From Botryllus schlosseri (Eukaryota), in contig CM119371.1 of assembly GCA_051294905.1 (NCBI GenBank), forward strand, positions 15,502,001 through 15,566,000: a stretch of DNA of 64,000 nt, written 5' to 3'. A model generated the notes under the pieces. The model had not been told where the DNA came from. It ran no database searches and saw only the letters and a program-made list of their open reading frames with translations. Within the stretch, counting starts at the first letter, position 1. Every line of letters starts with the position of its first letter. Made by a program: the position numbers and the translations under genes. This document shows, piece by piece, positions 51,301 to 63,378 of the stretch.

Positions 51301-54300
51301 CCCTCGGCACCTGAATATGGATATGAAGGTCAGTATGAGATTACGCTGGTCTGCAGCCAAATTGCTTCTGAGATCAGAATTGGAAAACTAGAAAATCTTC
51401 AACTTAACGAAATGGATTAGAATTACAATTAGAATTAGAGATATGCGGTTTTGCCAAATTTCATTTAGAATTAAAAATACACATTTTTTCCAAATTAGAT
51501 TAGTATTAGAATAAGAGCTACACAGTTTTACCAAATCAGATTAGAATTAGAATTGCACAATTTTTTACGAAGTAGATAAGAATTAGTTTATTCGCATATT
51601 TTGATTGAAATTCCGAATGAGAAAGACTTAGCAGCAAAATTCAAGTTCAGCCCATAGCAAATCAAGCATGAGAACGATCAACTTCTGTACACCAAGCTTG
51701 GCTGATTTAATGAAACTCTCTCTCTTTTTCCCACCATACAGTTCTCTCGCATCCTTGTCTGAAAACTCTTTCCGATGGAGGTGATGTTGCACGCGCACTT
51801 GCGAGTTCTTGAGCTGAGTTCCAGTAACTCAAAACATCACATTTTGTGTTCTCAAGCTCTGCTGAGAAATATCTTTCCACTTCATTCCCTAATATATTTT
51901 CTTTAGATAGATCTGAAGCAATCTTCCTCTTTTTTCTTGATGTAGTTGAGAGCATGTGTGAAAAGACCTGTGTTAACTAAGGCTTTTTCTTCAGTAGTGC
52001 CGTTCTGTTGGTGATTATAACTAGAAATTGTTCACAGGCTACAAGCTCCTATGCCTGCATGGGTATTTTATTCGTCTCAATAACTACTATGACTGTATGA
52101 TGTATGACGTCCTGCAAAATGTCCCAGACATATAGCATTGGAAATATTTGACACCAAAATTCAGTTGCGAATTCAACAACAGATCACAGATCACGGGAGC
52201 CAACTACAAGACCTGCTGGGAAGGCCAGGTCAAAGTCGACGCCCAAGGCCAAGTTGACGTCAAAGTCGACTTCCAAGGCCAAGTTGACGTCAAAGTCGAC
52301 GTCCAAGGCCAAGTTGACGTCAAAGTCGACGTCCAAGGCCAAGTTGACGTCAAAGTCGATGTCCAAGGCCAAGTTGACGTCCAAGTCGATGCCGAAGACC
52401 AAGTTAACGTCAAAGTCGACACTAAAGACCAAGCTGACGTCGAAGTCGACACCCAAGGCCAAGTTGACGTCAAAGTCGATGCCGAAGACCAAGTTGACGT
52501 CACAGTCGACGCCAAAGTCGACACCAAAGACCAAGTTGACGTCGAAGTCGACGCCAAAGGCCATGTCGACGCCAAAGTCGACGCCAAAGACCAAGTCGTC
52601 CAGGTGAGCTTGTGCTCTGTAAATAAGTTTTGCCCTGGGTTCTAATGACTCTAGTTGCAATTTTTCTTTGAGTTGACTTGAGTCAATTTGTGTATTAACC
52701 CGACCAAGTCATATGACATTCAATATGGCAGGAGTGGACGATTATTATCCCCGCGGGCCAAATGATCGCAGAAAATACGTTGGTGGGCCTATATCCTGTT
52801 TTTTTTGTATTTCTAAATGGAAAGCAGTGAGTTACATACATGGTGGCCTGTGGATCTGTTGGTATTTGACAACGAGGAAGTGTTGGTTAATTATCGCAGT
52901 CATAATTCAAAACAATGGTCCACACCACATGATACATTTTGAACGCTTTTTCAACCCGCTGATACGATTTTTTATTAGGATAATGAAAAATGTATTGAAG
53001 ATACTACAAAGCTTGTCTTGGTTGCTGCCTCTGGAGCAGTCTACAGCCTGGTGAAATAGACTTTTTTGTTGATGGAAAGTAGCAGTGCTTCCGAAACGCG
53101 CCCTCCCTTAGCCGAGTGTCTGTCTTTGTCTTTTTGCCATAACACCGACTTAAATTATACTCCACGGCGACCTGCTCGCGACATACTAATAAGACGGGTT
53201 CTCCCTCGACTCCAATAAACGAAGATTTAGTGCGCCTAATATTCTTGGAATTTCAGCCACCCGTCCGCTCATCGTTTCATCACCTGTTCAATTACACTTG
53301 GTGAAAATGCTGAGTCATTTACGACTTCTCAGATATCTCTGTTCCACAAACGTTAGTTTTGTATGCTTCAATACGACCAATCTAACTTGAGAAGGCCCGA
53401 GTCGAACTAACTCTTGCTGGGAATGAGCATATAGTTTAAGTACTTGCAATATTCATCAAGTCGTACTTGACTCGAATCATTAACATAATTTTTCGATTCA
53501 GACTCGAGTGTTCGTATCATTGGCATCATCATCCAACACTGTCCATTGGTAGTTTCGAGTACCAGTGAGGCGTCTTTACATTTTTATTAGTTCGATTTTA
53601 ACCTGCCTATTTACAAACAGGGTCCAGGAACCCAAGGAAAACGAGAGGGAAGGTGCGTATGACTTGACGTTGCTCTCTCTTCTCTGATCTTGGGCCGATG
53701 GTTAGCACATGTTTTTTTTTTCAGGTGACGAGATTTCCTCCACCTGCAGTGATGTGTCGAGTCACGACACGTATTCTATGGGTAAGCTACTACCAGGAGG
53801 CGCGCGTCAACTAAAAAAGAAATTTCCTCCCAGGTGAAAGAGTTTTTGAAAAATTTCTGCTTGAGTTCGTTCGTATCGGCAATATTCAACGCCTAAATAA
53901 AATCTACCCCAAGAAGGGCATATTCTACTTGTGCAAAGTTCGAAACAGAGCGGGATGATATTGTACGACCTTGCTTATTCACATTGCACACACATTGTGT
54001 AAATGTGATTTCGTATTGTAGCAATTCATGCCTGGCACCAGAAAAATCTCATTAAGAAATATTAGAATAAAATTGGTGTACTTGGTAAAGAGTAAGCATA
54101 ATGTCTAAGTTATAAGATATAGACACAATGCAGAGAGACTAATATATCATGTCATCATGAAACCTGTAGCTATCGTACCAAGCCCCATATAAACATTTCC
54201 AGTTAGGAGCATGTGTTAACAATGTAATTCACTGCTTTCAATTTAGAAATAAAACTCCCATTTCGTAAAATATACTCTTACCCAGTGGTTACCAGCCTTT

Positions 54301-57300
54301 TTTTTATCTTGTGGACCCATTGGCCGAGAATGGAGCCTAAATTTCCCCTCTCTACTCGGCTTCAATCTTTAGAATTATTACTCGATTCTGATTCGAGTAC
54401 CCGAATGATTGTATTCATTATCCAGCGTCATCCAATGGTGGTTTTGAGTACTAGTTAGGAGTATATTTTCCCTAACGTTTCTGGTTGGTTCGATTTTAAC
54501 CTGCAATCAACAAACAGCAAAAAGAAAGCATGCAGTCCCTTTGCCGCGGCAGGAAGAGAACAGCAGGATTTGGCAGGACCGAGTACCAGAACACCCGCAA
54601 GGTGGGCAGTCGTTATTCCAACAACCAATCTAATTCGTCGTCAATTTTATAAATGCATAACAGAACATAGAACATTTTAATTTGCGAAATCTGATTTGAT
54701 AATGACCCAAGATCAAGTTCTTATTTTAACGTAAAATTGTATAGGCGTATAGTGTTGTTATTATGTCGAGATTATCTGATTCTTCCAGTGGGGGCATTTG
54801 TACATATATTTTGCCCAATAAATCCAATATAATTTATAACATGTTTTCGTAACGGCCCTTTTTTTTCTCCGTTGGCTACGCGCGTTGTTGTGGTGTGTTT
54901 GCTTGCCTCACCTCAAAATATGAAACATGCTGGCGAAATATGCTGTGTTATATATGTGTTACAGTAACTGAATTTATTATTGAAGATCGCCACTAGTCAT
55001 TTTTTGTTAGTAGCAGGTGTGAGGAGACCGTACGACCTGAGGGTGAGAAAACGAAACGTCTGCACCCCTTATTGGACTCTCTTCCCTCGGCAGCAGAACC
55101 CACGGCTCAACAGCTTTCAAAAAGTGAGTCCAACTATGGGACCATAGGTTACAAACCCGAGGATAGATATGCAGCTCCTGTCCTCATGCTCACGTGCTCA
55201 GGGATCAGTTTTCGGGCCCCTGCTGTTCATAACCCAAATCTTGCCTGTGCATTGAAACCAACCGCAAATTAGGTTTCAAGGATTTCACTGTACTATGAAA
55301 ACTATGACCTCGTTGATAAATTCACTCTTAGTGACAAGTAGCGTATGATTTCAGTACTTGACTTGAATCATCATAATTAATGCCCTATTCAGATTCCAGC
55401 AGCCGCATTCCAGGATCGCCACCAAGGGGCTCTTCCAGTCAAGATATTGAAAGCCGGAAAAGGCCCGTCTCGCCATCATCTGGTGGGAGCGGGGCTGCGC
55501 CAAAGCCACCCTCGGCACCTGAAAATGGATATGAAGGTCAGTATTAGATTACGCCAGTCAACAGCCAAATTGCTTCTAAGACCAGACTTGCAAGCTATAA
55601 AATCTTTTGTTATACGGGATGGATTACGATTAATATTAGAATTAGAGATATACAGTTTTTTTTCGAATTAGAATTAGCGCTACACAGTATTTCCGAATTA
55701 GATTATACTTAAAAATACACAATTTCTTTTCAAATTAGATTAGTATTAGAAGAATAGCTACACAGGTTTACCAAATTACATTAGATTTAGAATGGCACAA
55801 TTATTTCCAAATTAGATTTGTACTAGAATTAGAGCTACATATTTTTTTCCAAATTACTTCAGAATTAGAATTACAGCTACACAATTTTTCAAATTAGATT
55901 AGTATTAGAATTTGCAGAGCTACATGTTTTTTTTTCAAATCAGATTAGAATTAGTTAATGCGCAAATCTTAAATGAAATTCCGAATGAGAAAAAATTAAC
56001 AGCAAAATTCAAGTTCAGCTCAACAAATCAAGCATTAGAATGATTAATGTCTGTACACCAAACTTGGCTCGTTTAATGAAACTCTCTCTCTCTCTCTCTT
56101 TCGCGCTATACAGTTCTCGTGCATCCTTTGCTGAAATCTCTTTTTGATGGAGACGGAGAGCAGTAGCGAAATTCCATGATCTCAAGCTCTGTTGTGAAAT
56201 ATCTTTTCACTTCATTCCCTACTATATTTTCTTTGGACATATTTGAAGCAATCTTCCTCTTTTTTCTTGATGTGGTGGAGAACATGTGTTAACTATGTCT
56301 TTTTCTATGGTGCTGTTCTGACTACAGGTTGTTCGCAGGCTACAAGGCACTATGCCAGCATGGCTATTTTATTCGTCACAATAACTACTATGACTGTACG
56401 GTATAAGTAACGCGATGGCGGTTTGGAATTGAATTTCTCAGAGCGAGAGGAATATTCTTGTTGACGCTCTTCAAAATTTCGCGGACATATAGTATTGGAA
56501 ATATTTGACACTAAACTTCAGTTGCAAAATCAATGACAGATCACAGATCACAGGAGCCAACTACAAGACCTGCTGGGAAGGCCAAGTCCGAGTCGACTCC
56601 CAAGTCAAAGTTGATGCCTAAGTTGAAGTCGACGCTCAAGTCAAAGTCGACTCCCAAGATTATGTCGTTCAGGTAAGGTTGTGCCCGGTGAATAAGTTTG
56701 GCCTTGGGTTATAATGACGCGTGTTGCAATTTTTTTTTACTCGACTCGAGTCATTTTGTTATACATGGAAAATCACGTAACTCGACTTGATTCACTTTGT
56801 GTATTTACCCGACCAAGTCATATGAGCCGAGACATTCAATATGTCAGGGGTGGGTAATCATTTTCCCCGCGGGCCAAACGAAAGCAGAAAATACGTTGGT
56901 GGGGCGAATCAAAATTTTTTAACTATATCCTACGTTGTTTTAATTGTATTTCTAAATTGGAAGGAGTGAATTACATTGTTAATACATGGTACTCAGTGGA
57001 TGTATTGGTATTTGACGATGAGAAAGTGTCGGTTAATTATCAAAAATAATATTTATTGGCCGTCATAATTCAAAACAATGGCGAACATGATACATTTTAA
57101 AATCTTTGTTAACCCGCTGAGACTATTTTTTATTAGGATAGTAAAAATATGGTTAGGATACTACAAAGCCTGTCTTGGTCGCTGCCTCTCGAGCAGTGTG
57201 CAGCCTGGTTAAATAGACTTTATCGTTGATGGAAACTAGCAGTGCCTCCGAAACGCACTCTTCCTCCGAAACGCGCCCTCCCTTAGCCGAGCGTCTGTCT

Positions 57301-60300
57301 TTGTGTTTTTGCCATAACACCGACTTAAGTTATACTTCACGGCGACCTGCTTGCGACAAACTATTAGGACGGGTTCTCCCCCGACTCCAGTAAACGAAGA
57401 TTTAGTGCTCCGAATATTCTTGGATTTTTGGTCGCCCGCTCATCGTTTCACCTCCTATTCAATTGTACTTGGTGAAAATGCTGAGTCATTCACAACTTCA
57501 CAGATACCTCTGTTCCACCAACGTTAGTTTCGTATGTTTCAATACGACCAATGTAGCTTGAGAAGGCTCGTGACAAAATAACTCTTGCTGGGAATGAGCA
57601 TATAGTTTAAGTACTTGAAATAAGCATCAAGTCATACTTGACACGAATCGTTAGAATAATTTCTCGATTCATGTTCGATGACTCATATTGTTGGCATCAT
57701 CATCCAGCACTGTCTATTGGTAGTTTCCAGTACCCATGAGGTGTCATTACATTCTCATTAGTTTGATTTCAACCTGCCTATTCACAAACAGGGTCCAGGA
57801 ACTCAAGGAATGCGAGGGGGAAGGTGTGTATGACTTGACGTTGGTCTCCCTTTTCTGATCTTGGGCGGATGGTTAGCACATGAGTGTTTTTTCAGGTGAC
57901 TGGATTTCCTCCAGCGAGAGTGAGGTGTCGAACAACGACTCGTATTCTATGGCTAACCTACTACCAGGTTTTGTTGAACCAAGAGAGAAATTTCTTCCCA
58001 GGTGAAGGAGTTTTGGAAAAATTTCAGCTTGAGTTCGTTCGTATCGGCGTTATTCAACGCCTAAATAAGATCCACCCCAACTATGGCATATATCTACTTG
58101 CGCAAAGTTTGAAACGGAAATTGTCCATCCTTGCATATTCACATTGCACACAAATATTTCAAATGTGATTTCCTATTGTAGCAATGCATGCCCGGCACGA
58201 GAAAACTCTCATTAAGAAATATGGAATCAAATTGTTGTACTTGATAAAGGGTTGTAAAGACTCAAGTCATGTCATGACTTGAGTCCCGTTTAAGTCACGA
58301 TTTCTGATGACTCGACTTGACTCGAGTCATTTTCTCAAAATACGCAAATGATTCACCTCGAGTCAATTTGTGTATTGACTCAACTTGGACTCGAGTCATT
58401 GCGCATGACTCGTACAAAGTCATATGACTCGAGACTCTAACGGCCAAGACCGACGTTTCATTATAATTTCGAAGAAAAGTAAAGTAATCACTGGGGCGGT
58501 TTTTTTTGACATGTCAAAATTTGTCAAAATTTTGTCAAAATTGTAGCGTTAGGTCAAAATTTGTCAAAATTGTTCATAAAGTCAAAATTTTTTTGACGTC
58601 TTTATTTCGTTTGTATCATAGATTTTGCAGTGTCTGTGAACGTATCATTTGATATTTTACAGCTTGTAGTCTACTTTATAGCCCTACTGTTGTACACGGC
58701 GCATTGTCTGCTCATACTGAATCATCAACGGTCAATGGTCAACGTACCGCAATATCCTAACTGGGGCATCATTCTTATATTGAGAAGCGCATGATGAAAA
58801 ATTGTAATAGACAACATTGTCAGAATGAAGCAACATGTTGCGTCACCAGTAGTGTATGCACATTGCACAACTTGAGTGTTGTCAGCCAACTGCTGCTGTT
58901 GAACGTCCTTGGCAAGTAAGGACATGCACTTTTTACACAAGAATATAGGAAAGTATCTCTCGTTGTACTACAATTTTTTTAAATTATTTCCGCCATAATA
59001 CGTATTGCAACCACTGGAATTCTTCATAAAGCCAGATTTCGGTAAAATATTGTTTTTTATATATACAAAGTCGCCTGTTTCTGAGCCAAAAACGTTTTTT
59101 CAGGCCAAACTACTTCGTTGGGACAGCCAGTTACAACCGGAAATGTAGATAACTGGTACAATTTTGACATTATTTGGGAAAACACCTAATTTGCATACGT
59201 TAGGTCAAAATTTGGTCAAAATTCAGTTTTTTTAGGTCAAAAAAAGTCAAAATTTTGATTTTTTAGGTCAAAATTTTCTTTTTTTTAGGTAAAAAAAACC
59301 CGCCCTAGTAATCACGCTAATTGGATTTCGGCTATTGGTACTTTTACTTGTAAATGCGAGCAAAAACTGCTAAAAGTGAGGAAATTTAGTATATTATGAA
59401 TGCAAACTATTCGATATCACCAAACAGAGTTATTAACAGTGTCTGTGGCAAGACTAACAGGAAACTGAGCAGTCAACACAATGTCTTGGACTCGGACTCA
59501 CTTGGACTCGAATTCACTCGGTGGTGAATTGAAAATGACTCGACTTGACTCAAGTCAAAACTATAAAAATGAGGTTTACTTGTGACTCAGAATCTTGTGA
59601 CTTGGTAACAACCCTGGTAAAGAGTAAGCATAATTCATTAAATTTATAAGATATAGAAACCATGCAGAGAGTCAAATGTACCAAGCTCCATATAAACATT
59701 GCCAATCAGGAGCATATGTTGACAATGTAATCCACTGCTTTTAATTCAGAAATAAAACTCCTAATCGGCAGAATATACTCTAACCCAGTGGTTCCCGACC
59801 TTTTTCATCTCGTGGTCGCCATTGACCTAAGTTTGAGCCCAAATTCCCCCTCATAGAAATAATCTCTCCCTACTCGACTTGAATCCTTAGAATTATTATT
59901 GAATTCTGATTCGATTACTCAAATGATTGTCTTCATCATCCAACATTGTCCATCGGTATTTTCGAGTACTAGTGAGAAATTTATATTCCTTTACGCAGTC
60001 CCTTTGCCGCGACGGTAAGAGAACAGGATTTGGCAGGCCCGAGTGCCAGAAGATCAGCAAGGTGGGCAGTCGTTATTACAACAACCAAGCTAATTCATCG
60101 TAGACTTTATCCATACATAACAGATTCCGCATTGATCATTTTAACTTGTGAAATCTGATATGATACGGACTCGAGATCATGTTCTTGTTTGAATGTAAAA
60201 TGGCAACATCTTTGTTTTGTAATTTGATCGCACTGCTTCTCTTTTGGTAATCGAGGACAAATGATGTCTTTGTTTCTCTTTCTGCTTTTATTTTCGCTTA

Positions 60301-62768
60301 CCATAATTGTGCTATATCTTAATGATACAACTGGGTTCCGTGGGTGTGCTACGGGCCAAAATAAAAAAGAATAAAACATCGGGTTCTGTTGTATGATATC
60401 AAGTTAAGGTCACTACTTATTTGAATGCGAAATCATAACGTCTCCTGCTACGACATTTGCGGAGTTGATATGTGCGAGATTATCTGATTCCTGCAGTAGA
60501 GGCGTTTGTGCATATATTTAGCCCGATAAATCCGATATAATGTAGAACATCCTGTTATCGAAACACCTCCTATTTTATCCGTTTGCTACGCGCCTGGTGG
60601 TGGTATGTTGTTTGTATAACCTCAAAGTACGAAACATGCTTGTGAAATATGCTACGAAATATATGTGTTCAGTAACTAAATTTGTTTTGGAAAATTTCTA
60701 ATAGTCATTTTCTGTTGGTAGCAGGTGTGAGGAGACCGTACCATCTGAGGAAGAGACAGCGAAATTCACGAAGAAGTTATTGGACTATCTTCTCCCAACA
60801 GCAAAACCCACGGCCCAACAGGTTTCGAAAAGTGAGTCTAACTGTAGGAGTATAGGTTACCAACCTAACGATAGATAAGCGGCTCCTGTCGTCACGCTCA
60901 CATGCACAATGCAGGTAACTGCTGAGCTAGGCAAAATCAGCATTATTAGTACAGAAATTTTCCATGTATTATGCACAAAATTTTACTGATCTTTTGTCCT
61001 AAAATCGGGGGTGCACGGGTGCACCGAGCATTAAAAAAACTTCCCTCGAAATAACACTCGAAATCACGCCTTTCCTCATGTTTGTTTTAATCGCGCATCA
61101 CATTAAGCCATCTTGCCCAGTAATTTGTATTATCAGTGTTGCGCTCTGCCAATTAGTGAGAAGCGTCTGCACTGCGCAACAGCATGCGATCTCCTGTTAA
61201 GTTGGTTTGCCGTTTGTACGAGAGCGAAATTTGGTTATTGATTACTGCATACCTGCTCGACAATCCTTGCTACTTTATCGCATCACCGACAGGCCTGAAC
61301 ATTCGCATATACAGCATGCCAAGTGCGCAAGATGTCGTCGCTGGCCTGAACACTACAGACGCGTCTTCAACATTCCTTGTGCGCACGACATAACCTGTGG
61401 CCTGAGCAATCGCATCTGTAATAGACCTCTTGCGCAAGATGTCTTGTTGCTGGCCTGAACTATCGCAGGCCTCCCATGCTTTATCTGCTATCTACTATCG
61501 TTTAGAGACAATGCCGTGAATTGTATAATGATCAGAGATCGTTACGCCATGATTGTTCCACAGTGACACCAAACAGAATGATTTCGAATACCAAACACAA
61601 CTATTCATGTACTGCGAAAGCAGTGTATGTACTATACATGGGTGCAGGCTTTTTTCCAGAATGTGCTTGTCATTTTAAGTATGCGTATTATACATGGTGG
61701 TGTACCATACTTGAAAAGTTACGGTAGTCCTATAGCTGGCAACGCGAGCACTAAAATTCAATCTAACTTAACTTAATCGAAAGCTAGTGTTGTGCTTATT
61801 TCAAAAATACATATTAAAAACTGGCCAATGCATTGAAACCAACCTTAAAATAGCCCTCAAAGTCTGAACATGAGGATCGTTCCAAAGAATTGTAGCGATA
61901 GTTTGTTCAAGTTTGGTGATAATTCAGTGGGTTGATCATGACTTCAGAGAGGTGTCGTTTCCACTACTTGCATGGAATTGTACGTCGTTTATCGTAGCTG
62001 TGTTACGAACTACCGGGGTTTCAAGGATTCCACTTTATTATGAAAACTATAATTCACGTTGATAAATTCACCCTTAGTGACATGGATCGTATAATTTCAT
62101 TACTCGACTCGAATCATACTCCATTCAGATTCCAGTGACCGCATTCCAGGATTGCCGCAAAGTGGTTGTTCAAGGCCAGGTACTACATGCGGGAAAAGGC
62201 CCGTCTCTCCATCATTTGGTGGGAGCGGGGATGAGCCAATGCCTCCCTGGGTACTTGAATATGGATGTGACGGTCAGTATATGATTACGCTGGTCAGCAG
62301 CCAAATTGCTTCTGAGACCAGACTTGGAAAACTAGAAAATCCTCAGTTTCACTAAATGGATTTGAATTACAATTAGAAATAAAGATACACACTTTTTTGA
62401 TCGAATCGGAATGGAATTAGAGCTACACATTTCTTCCAAATCAGATTAGGATTAGAATTACTGCTACACAATTTTTCCAAATTAGATTAGAATTAGTTAA
62501 TTCGCAAATATGAATGAAATTGCGAATGAGAAAGAATTAGCAGCAAAAATCAAGTTCAGCCCATCGCAAATCAAACATGAAATTGATTAACGTCGTGACA
62601 CCAAGCTTGGCTGGTTTAATGAAACTCTCTCTCTATTTCCCACTATACAGTTGTCTTGCTACCTTGGCTGAAAACTCTTTTCTATGGAGATGAGGAAAGC
62701 AGTCTCTTTGCCGCGGCGATGAGAGAACAGGAGGATTTGGCAGGTCCGAGTGCCAGAACATCAGCAAG
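48336..62768 (+). CDS. Partial multi-exon gene for an unknown low-complexity S/K/P/R-rich protein built from a tandemly repeated 6-exon cassette; start and end not identified
   Basis: AG/GT-bounded exons joining in phase with no stops: 48336-48367, 48441-48546, 49245-49328, 50166-50272, 51185-51328, 52183-52603, 53621-53652, 53725-53833, 54518-54601, 55017-55123, 55393-55536, 56540-56672, 57792-57823, 57896-58001, 59999-60061, 60725-60831, 62129-62272, 62651-62768 (2073 nt). Length differences between paralogous exons are multiples of 3, except the chimeric last exon, which changes its start phase compatibly. Confidence 0.75.
50740..51119. mobile_element. PIF/Harbinger-type MITE in an intron
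   Basis: Absent from the paralogous sites (CACTCTTAGTGACAAG near 55323; also near 62070); 3-bp TTA TSD; degenerate TIRs sharing GTCAC..CGTAAAATCGTA. Confidence 0.7.
51707..51955 (-). pseudogene. hAT transposase C-terminal dimerisation-domain remnant (intronic, antisense)
   Basis: EVERYF..DVLSYW..ATSPPSERVF matches the hATC motif; adjacent (G)AATTA(G) repeat field at about 51416-51590; paralogous remnants near 56100-56290. Confidence 0.7.
52225..52600 (+). repeat. 30-bp coding tandem repeat, (KSTSKAKLTS)n in the spliced frame
   Basis: Unit GTCAAAGTCGACGTCCAAGGCCAAGTTGAC, about 12 degenerate copies inside exon 52183-52603. Confidence 0.9.
53120..53260 (-). pseudogene. hAT-Charlie (GTF2IRD2/EPM2AIP1-like) transposase N-terminal remnant
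   Basis: Minus-strand pieces FIGVEGEPV / LVCREQVAVEYNLSRCY resemble F....GKPVCLIC.E.VAV.KEYNL.RHY; paralogue near 57300-57440; Charlie-type end CAGGGGTGGG..CCCGCGGGCC near 56845. Confidence 0.5.
58248..59616. mobile_element. hAT MITE (GACTCGAGTC family), intronic, private to unit 3
   Basis: AGGGTTGTAA...TAACAACCCTG ends; homologous to 23615-24170; empty site GGTAAAGAGTAAGC near 54084. Confidence 0.8.
58492..59307. mobile_element. hAT non-autonomous element (GTCAAAATT-repeat family) nested in the previous MITE
   Basis: TIR TGGGGCGGTTTTTTT / AAAAAAACCCGCCCTA; perfect 8-bp TSD GTAATCAC. Confidence 0.88.
60952..61724. mobile_element. Tc1/mariner-type (pogo/Tc2-like) non-autonomous element
   Basis: TA-flanked; degenerate TIRs CAGAAATTTTCCATGTAT vs (reverse complement) CCGTAACTTTTCAAGTAT; absent from the paralogous site near 50388. 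Confidence 0.6.
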
Positions 62769-63378
62769 GTAGGCAGTTGGTATTCCAACAAACGAACTAA
62801 TTCATCTTAGATTTTATCAGTACATAACAGATTCCTCATTGAACATTTTATTTGTGAAATCTGATTTGATGCGGAATTGGAATCATGTTCTTGTTTGACC
62901 GAAAAATGGCAAGATCTTTGTGTTGTAACTTGATCGGGCTGCTTCTCTTTTGGTAATCAAGGACAAATTATGTCTTCGTTTCTGTTTTTGCTGTTATCTT
63001 CGCTTACCTAAGTTGTGCTTTATCTTAATGATACAACTGGGTTCCGTGGGTGTGCTACGGGCCGGAATAAAAAAGATTGAAAAATCGGGTTCTGTTGTAT
63101 GAAATCAAGTCAAGGCCCCTTCTTATTTGAATGCGAAATCATAACGTCTCCGGCTACAACATTGGCGGAGTTGATATGTGCGAGATTATCTGGTTCCTGC
63201 AGTAGAGGCGTTTGTGCATATATTTAGCCCGATAAATCCGATATAATTTAAAAAATCCTGTATCAAAACACCCCCTATTTTTCTCCCTTTACTACGCGCC
63301 TGGTGGTGGTATGTTGTTCTGTATAACCTCAAAGTACAAAACATGCTTGTGAAATATGCTGCGAAATATGTGTTACAG

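Larger units (their letters stand above)
47990..63378 (+). repeat. Tandem segmental repeats (units about 47990-53280, 53290-57450, 57460-62650, partial fourth)
   Basis: Colinear diverged intron and exon sequence repeats three times plus a partial unit; units differ by private TE insertions and deletions. Boundaries approximate. Confidence 0.85.

Noticed and set aside
52148..52660. ORFs 52148-52645 (+, DVKVDVQGQV) and 52184-52660 / 52204-52587 (-) as stand-alone genes
   Set aside because: By-products of a stop-poor 30-bp repeat; splice phases select the KST frame, and the DVKVD frame has a TAA in the paralogous exon 56540-56672.
53012..53050. Extra 39-nt phase-2 exon (LSWLLPLEQSTA), also near 57170-57208
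   Set aside because: No polypyrimidine tract, weak donor in the paralogue, and it lies in an antisense Charlie-type transposon remnant.
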